Assembly (NCBI GenBank): GCA_041666485.1
Contig: JBAYGW010000004.1
Coordinates: 10,341-74,340 of the forward strand
Source: Patescibacteria group bacterium
GTDB lineage: Bacteria; Patescibacteriota; Patescibacteriia; UM-FILTER-42-10
Direction: 5' to 3'
DNA: 64,000 bases
Positions 59,383 through 64,000 of the stretch are shown piece by piece (the stretch's first letter is position 1; every line of letters begins with the position of its first letter). A program made the translations under genes and the position numbers. The notes beneath the pieces are model-generated. The model was given only the letters and a program-made list of their open reading frames with translations, was not told the DNA's origin and made no database searches.

Positions 59383-60462
59383 ATGAATTTACTAATTACT
59401 GGAGGAGCGGGATTTATCGGCTCCAACTTCATCCACTACTGGCTGAAAAATCATCCGGAAGACCACATTGTGAATCTGGACAAATTAACGTACTGCGGAA
59501 ATCTGGAGAATTTAAAAAGCATTGAAACCAGCCCCAATTACAAATTTGTAAAAGGGGATGTTTGTGATTTGCGCCTTGTTACTGAAATACTGGTTGATAA
59601 TTCAATAGATACAATAATACATTTCGCCGCACAGTCTCATGTGGATAAATCAATCGCATTTATTTATGAAGAGAGTCGGAAAAGTATAAAAAGTATATCA
59701 GAGTTATTCGATAAATCTTTACCTGATGATTTTATTCTTAACAATGTCTGGGGAACGCACGTTCTTCTTGAGGCAGCCGTTAAGAATAACATTAAAAGGT
59801 TCCACCATATTTCAACCGATGAGGTTTTTGGCGCGCTGCCTTTGGAGGACAAATCAAAGTTCACCGAAAGCACTAAGTATGACCCCCGGAGTCCCTATTC
59901 CGCTTCTAAAGCCGCTTCTGATCATCTTGTAAACGCATATTACACGACCTACGGCCTTCCGGTGACAATTACCAACACTTCAAACAATTACGGTCCGTTA
60001 CAGTATCCGGAAAAGCTGTTGCCACTGGCTATTACTAACTTGATTGAAAATAAAAAAGTGCCGATCTATGGAGACGGCAAATATGTCCGTGACTGGCTCT
60101 ATGTGGAAGACCACTGCCGGGCGGTGGAACTAGTGCTGGAAAAAGCAAAAATCGGTGAAACATACCTGATCGGCGGACTGACTGAGGATGTAAACAATCT
60201 GGAGCTGATCAAAAAAGTATTATCAATCATGGGAAAATCGGATGATATGTTGGAATACGTAAAGGACAGACCGGGGCATGACCGTCGCTACGCTGTGGAT
60301 TGGACTAAAGCGAAGAATGATTTAGGCTATAAACCCTTATATGATTTAGATACTTATCTGGAAAAAACGATTGATTGGTATCAGAAAAATGAAGGTTGGT
60401 GGAAGCGCATCAAATCCGGCGATTATTTGAAATATTACAAAGCACAGTATGAGAAGCGATAA
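59383..60462 (+). CDS. rmlB: dTDP-glucose 4,6-dehydratase
   Basis: [19 protein letters not shown]...HIVNLDKLTYCGNLENL...HFAAQSHVDKSI...YSASKAASDHLV...YGDGKYVRDWLYVEDH. It carries a ~20-aa insertion (AFIYEESRKSIKSISELFDKSLPDDF) relative to typical RmlB. Confidence 0.9.
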   Translation: MNLLITGGAGFIGSNFIHYWLKNHPEDHIVNLDKLTYCGNLENLKSIETSPNYKFVKGDVCDLRLVTEILVDNSIDTIIHFAAQSHVDKSIAFIYEESRKSIKSISELFDKSLPDDFILNNVWGTHVLLEAAVKNNIKRFHHISTDEVFGALPLEDKSKFTESTKYDPRSPYSASKAASDHLVNAYYTTYGLPVTITNTSNNYGPLQYPEKLLPLAITNLIENKKVPIYGDGKYVRDWLYVEDHCRAVELVLEKAKIGETYLIGGLTEDVNNLELIKKVLSIMGKSDDMLEYVKDRPGHDRRYAVDWTKAKNDLGYKPLYDLDTYLEKTIDWYQKNEGWWKRIKSGDYLKYYKAQYEKR

Positions 60463-61282
60463 ATTAGTTTTAATTCTGGGAGCGAAGGGAATGCTCGGAT
60501 CCGAGCTTTCTCTTGTTTTTGCCGACCTGAAACCGATCTGTTGGGATATTGATGATCTGGATATTACCAAAGAGGAGATTGTGCAAAAAAGAATCAGGGA
60601 AATGTCGCCATCCGTTATTATTAATGCTTCGGCCTACACGAATGTGGATGGTGCGGAAGATAATGAAGAATTGGCCAACCGAATCAACGGAACAGCCGTC
60701 GGGCATTTGGCGAAAACCGCGGAACTGATCGGAGCGAAACTGATCCATTATTCTACCGATTATGTGTTTAATGGCAAAAATAAATACGGCTATAAAGAAT
60801 CCGACAAACCGGATCCGGTCAATGCGTACGGACGATCTAAACTTCTTGGAGAAAACGCAATTTTGAATGAGTGTAAAAGTTTTTATATAATCCGTACATC
60901 CTGGCTTTATGGTAGGGGTGGAAAGAATTTTGTTGATACAATGATCAAGCTAGGTAAAGAGCATAATGAAGTAAAGGTAGTAAATGATCAGTTCGGCAAA
61001 CCGACCTATACTTTTGATTTGGCTAAGCAGACCAGAAAACTAATTGAGGAAGAAAGGCCATATGGAATTTATCATGTTACCAACGAAAAACAGGCTAGCT
61101 GGTTTGAATTTGCGGAAAAAATATTTAAACTTTCCGGAATAAAAACGTCAGTCCTACCTGTTAATTCCGACGAATTCCTGCGACCTGCCAAAAGACCGAA
61201 TTATTCTTCTTTAATTAACACAAAAATTAAACCTCTCAGGAGCTGGGAAAGCGCGCTGGCAGAATATCTGTCCGTAAAATAA
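60449..61282 (+). CDS. rmlD: dTDP-4-dehydrorhamnose reductase
   Basis: LILGAKGMLGSEL...INASAYTNVDGAEDNEELANRINGTAVGHLAK...IHYSTDYVFNGK matches RmlD motifs. Confidence 0.85.
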   Translation: MRSDKLVLILGAKGMLGSELSLVFADLKPICWDIDDLDITKEEIVQKRIREMSPSVIINASAYTNVDGAEDNEELANRINGTAVGHLAKTAELIGAKLIHYSTDYVFNGKNKYGYKESDKPDPVNAYGRSKLLGENAILNECKSFYIIRTSWLYGRGGKNFVDTMIKLGKEHNEVKVVNDQFGKPTYTFDLAKQTRKLIEEERPYGIYHVTNEKQASWFEFAEKIFKLSGIKTSVLPVNSDEFLRPAKRPNYSSLINTKIKPLRSWESALAEYLSVK

Positions 61283-61283
61283 C

Positions 61284-62621
61284 TTATTGTAGTTGTTTTT
61301 GGAATAAGTTCTGAGAAGAGTCATAATAAAACATGACTCTTGTATTTGTATTAACGCCGAATGGTGTTGAGTCAGTCTGTGCCAAATTCAGCATATTCCG
61401 CTTGCCACGCCCGTCCAGCTCTACTGCCTTAATATATCCTTCCTGACTGTAAATTATCCATTGACCATCGGGAGACCAGACGGCATATTTTATTTTACCA
61501 CTGGATCTGATCAGCAGGTCCTGCTGTTTCAGCTCAGGATTGTATACCCAAATTTCAAAATCATTATATAGTAATAAATTATTAATATCCGGCGACCAAC
61601 TAAAACCGATTACATCCGGGTTGAGTTTGTCCAACGTAATTGAAAATTGGTTTTGGATTTTTATTAATGATAATTCCTTATTTATTAAATCATGAACGGT
61701 TATGTAGTCCTGAACCGAATGAGACAAACGGTATTGATCATTGCTTGAAAATGTTGATATTTCTTCGGCACTTTTAAAATTTACTGCGTTTGATTTATAT
61801 AGTACGGGATAATTCTCCTTATCTTGTATGTAATAAACTGATTCGTTGATTGTCAGCGCGTCCTGAATCCGACCCGCAATTAAAAGTTGGATTGAATTTT
61901 CTGTAAGATTAAGCTGGCTCAACCCATTTTCTGTGACTGCGTACAATACGGAGTCCGAACCACTCTCAATAAGGTTTAATACCGGAAAATCGGTAATATC
62001 TTTTAGTAGGATATCATACTGCCCTGATAGTGAGAGCACTCTGGTAATGTAATTTGTTTTAATGTCTTTTAAGAAAATAAACCGTTCACCTTCTGAAAAT
62101 ACCGGTTGCTGATCACGGCCTATTGTACTGATGGACAAAACGGTGCGCAAAGTATTTTGTTGTTTAACAATCAATGCTGGATTAACGCCATCCGGATTTG
62201 TGATATAGGCAAAATAAGAGTTGGCTGTTGAAAAAACGAGATCCGTAACTTTTTCTTCAGTAACCAATGTTGGACCGTCTGTTTTCAGCAAACTGACTCT
62301 TTCAGTCGTGGTTGCTTGATTGGCAAAAACTGGCAGAATTTTTTCCCATGGAAAATACCCCTGTTTTTCTATTAAAACGGAATATTCACCGGGAAACAGA
62401 TTTTTTACAACTTTGGGGGTTTTTGCCCCGGTAGCTTCGCCATTAATTTCTATTTGTGCATTGCGCGGATCGGAATCAACTGCCAAAACACCTGTCTTAA
62501 TTACTTTATATTCATTGAAATCATAACGAAATCCGGTTGCATATAATATCAGCAATGGAGCTACGATTATAAACACAAAAACCAGGCTTAATGCGTATAT
62601 TCTGCGGTATTTCTTCTTCAT
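61284..62621 (-). CDS. Membrane-anchored PEGA-domain protein with TolB-like beta-propeller repeats
   Basis: N-terminal TM helix. PEGA domain VDSDPRNAQIEINGEATGAKTPKVVKNLFPGEYSVLIEKQGYFPWEKI. C-terminal PD40-like repeats (AVWSPDGQWIIYSQEGYI). Confidence 0.6.
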   Translation of the reverse strand: MKKKYRRIYALSLVFVFIIVAPLLILYATGFRYDFNEYKVIKTGVLAVDSDPRNAQIEINGEATGAKTPKVVKNLFPGEYSVLIEKQGYFPWEKILPVFANQATTTERVSLLKTDGPTLVTEEKVTDLVFSTANSYFAYITNPDGVNPALIVKQQNTLRTVLSISTIGRDQQPVFSEGERFIFLKDIKTNYITRVLSLSGQYDILLKDITDFPVLNLIESGSDSVLYAVTENGLSQLNLTENSIQLLIAGRIQDALTINESVYYIQDKENYPVLYKSNAVNFKSAEEISTFSSNDQYRLSHSVQDYITVHDLINKELSLIKIQNQFSITLDKLNPDVIGFSWSPDINNLLLYNDFEIWVYNPELKQQDLLIRSSGKIKYAVWSPDGQWIIYSQEGYIKAVELDGRGKRNMLNLAQTDSTPFGVNTNTRVMFYYDSSQNLFQKQLQ

Positions 62622-62705
62622 TTTGACCAGAATGAAATTAGTAGGTAATATACATCATGTAGGATATCTTATTTTACCATATTTTGAAATTATAGGAATT
62701 TTTTT

Positions 62706-63968
62706 ATGGAGAAATTTATTATCAATGGTGGCAATCAACTTTCTGGTGAGATTGAAGTTGGTGGAGCAAAAAATGCCGTACTTAAAATACTGCCGGCAGC
62801 TTTACTATCCAGTGAAACTATTACAATCCGTAATTTTCCACTGATTGAAGATATTCACAGAGCCTCTGATTTACTGAAAGATCTGGGTGCTACGGTTGAT
62901 CTGAATGGCAGAAATTGCACGGTAAGCATACCGGAAATAAAGAAAAACACTCTAGAGCCTGTATTTGTCAATAAGTTCCGTGCGTCTATTATGTTTGTCG
63001 GGCCAATGCTGGCCAGAACCGGGGAAGTTCGGTTTCCGCACCCGGGCGGTTGCGTAATCGGCGCGGGTAAAAGACCGATAGATTTGTTCCTTGAGGGTTT
63101 CAGAGCATTGGGGGCTGAAGTACAGGAAAAAGATGATATGTATGTCATAAAAGCAAAAAAACTTAAAGGTTGTAATTATTTCTTTACAACGGTAAGCGTC
63201 ACTGGAACAGAGGGTATGATTTTAACCGCAGTTTTGGCGGAGGGCGTCACGACACTGAAGAATTGTGCAATGGAGCCGGAAATTGTGGCGTTAAGTGAAT
63301 ATTTGAATCAAAATGGAGCGAAGATTAAAGGGGCTGGTTCACCGACTATTACGATTGAGGGTGTCCGGGAATTATCCGCAGGAGAGTATACAATAATTCC
63401 CGACCGAATTGAGACGGGAACTTTTGCGATTCTGGCGGCGGCAGCTAAATCGGAACTGATGATCACCAAATGTAATCCGGATCATATTGAATCATTGCTG
63501 AGTGTACTTACTAAAACCGGCGTATCATTTGAAAAGGGTAATGATTGGCTCAAAATCAAAGCGGCTAAAAAAATAAATCCGTACGACATAAAAACACATG
63601 AATATCCCGGGTTTCCGACGGACTTGCAGTCACCATACACTGTGCTGATGACTCAAGCGTCCGGCAGATCAACAATCCATGAGGTGATTTATGATCGGCG
63701 CCTGTTATTTACCGATATGCTTGTGCAGATGGGGGCTGATATTATTATGTGCGATCCGCACCGCGTAGTAATCAGCGGTCCGACAAAACTGTATGGTAGG
63801 AAGCTGACCAGTCCGGATTTACGCGCCGGTATTGCGATTGTGATAGCAGCGGCGATTGCTGAGGGTAAAACTGAAATTGATAATATTTATCAGATTGACC
63901 GGGGTTACGAAAAAATTGAAGACCGGCTGAAAGATATTGGCGTAAATATTAAGAGAACAAACGAATAA
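62706..63968 (+). CDS. murA: UDP-N-acetylglucosamine 1-carboxyvinyltransferase
   Basis: FIINGGNQLSGEIEVGGAKNAVLKILPAALL...HPGGCVIGAGKRPIDL (catalytic Cys loop)...canonical MurA throughout. 420 aa. Confidence 0.95.
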   Translation: MEKFIINGGNQLSGEIEVGGAKNAVLKILPAALLSSETITIRNFPLIEDIHRASDLLKDLGATVDLNGRNCTVSIPEIKKNTLEPVFVNKFRASIMFVGPMLARTGEVRFPHPGGCVIGAGKRPIDLFLEGFRALGAEVQEKDDMYVIKAKKLKGCNYFFTTVSVTGTEGMILTAVLAEGVTTLKNCAMEPEIVALSEYLNQNGAKIKGAGSPTITIEGVRELSAGEYTIIPDRIETGTFAILAAAAKSELMITKCNPDHIESLLSVLTKTGVSFEKGNDWLKIKAAKKINPYDIKTHEYPGFPTDLQSPYTVLMTQASGRSTIHEVIYDRRLLFTDMLVQMGADIIMCDPHRVVISGPTKLYGRKLTSPDLRAGIAIVIAAAIAEGKTEIDNIYQIDRGYEKIEDRLKDIGVNIKRTNE

Positions 63969-64000
63969 TGGAAAATAAGATTCATAAACATTCACACCTG

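Overview
This 64-kb window is a low-to-moderate-GC bacterial chromosomal segment, compositionally heterogeneous, with no rRNA, tRNA or CRISPR that I could recognise. Anchoring housekeeping genes are the 3' end of a DEAD-box RNA helicase, a PIF1-family helicase, metK, ahcY, murA, kbl and corA. Four blocks stand out.

(1) 1-9000: small housekeeping and stress genes (YwbE/DUF2196, PIF1-family helicase, peptidase S51, TipAS, NUDIX, YgjP-like). Several families of intergenic repeats punctuate them. A very AT-rich three-gene cassette sits at 2051-3772: a possible PD-(D/E)xK nuclease-fold protein, a receiver-domain/TM protein, and a TM-anchored topoisomerase-type zinc-finger protein. It lies exactly between two repeat modules that are adjacent to each other at a second locus near 7490-7830, so it looks like an insertion. 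This is my best candidate for an undescribed accessory system.

(2) 9200-16350: a ~7-kb high-GC island. It encodes a secreted HExxH protein, small acidic or Cys-rich proteins, and an operon for a beta-barrel OMP-like protein plus a 701-aa Ig-repeat lipoprotein. It is flanked by strong hairpin terminators. It is probably horizontally acquired (or a chimeric join).

(3) 16600-23250: an ECF sigma/anti-sigma-like operon, CorA, TolB-like proteins, and an HtrA/PDZ homologue in which all three catalytic residues are replaced (a pseudoprotease).

(4) 23250-61300: a ~38-kb very AT-rich envelope-glycan locus. It contains GtrA, three polyprenyl-phosphate-sugar synthase-type GT2s, three or four giant GT-C-like membrane glycosyltransferases, GT2/GT4 enzymes, two Wzx flippases and three SAM methyltransferases. 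Embedded with these are metK, ahcY and a PfkB kinase, Ugd, two UXS paralogues, a UDP-GlcA 4-epimerase, RmlABCD, and a GpsA/cytidylyltransferase/CDP-alcohol transferase triad.

All calls come from reading the supplied ORF translations and the sequence by eye. No database search was run.
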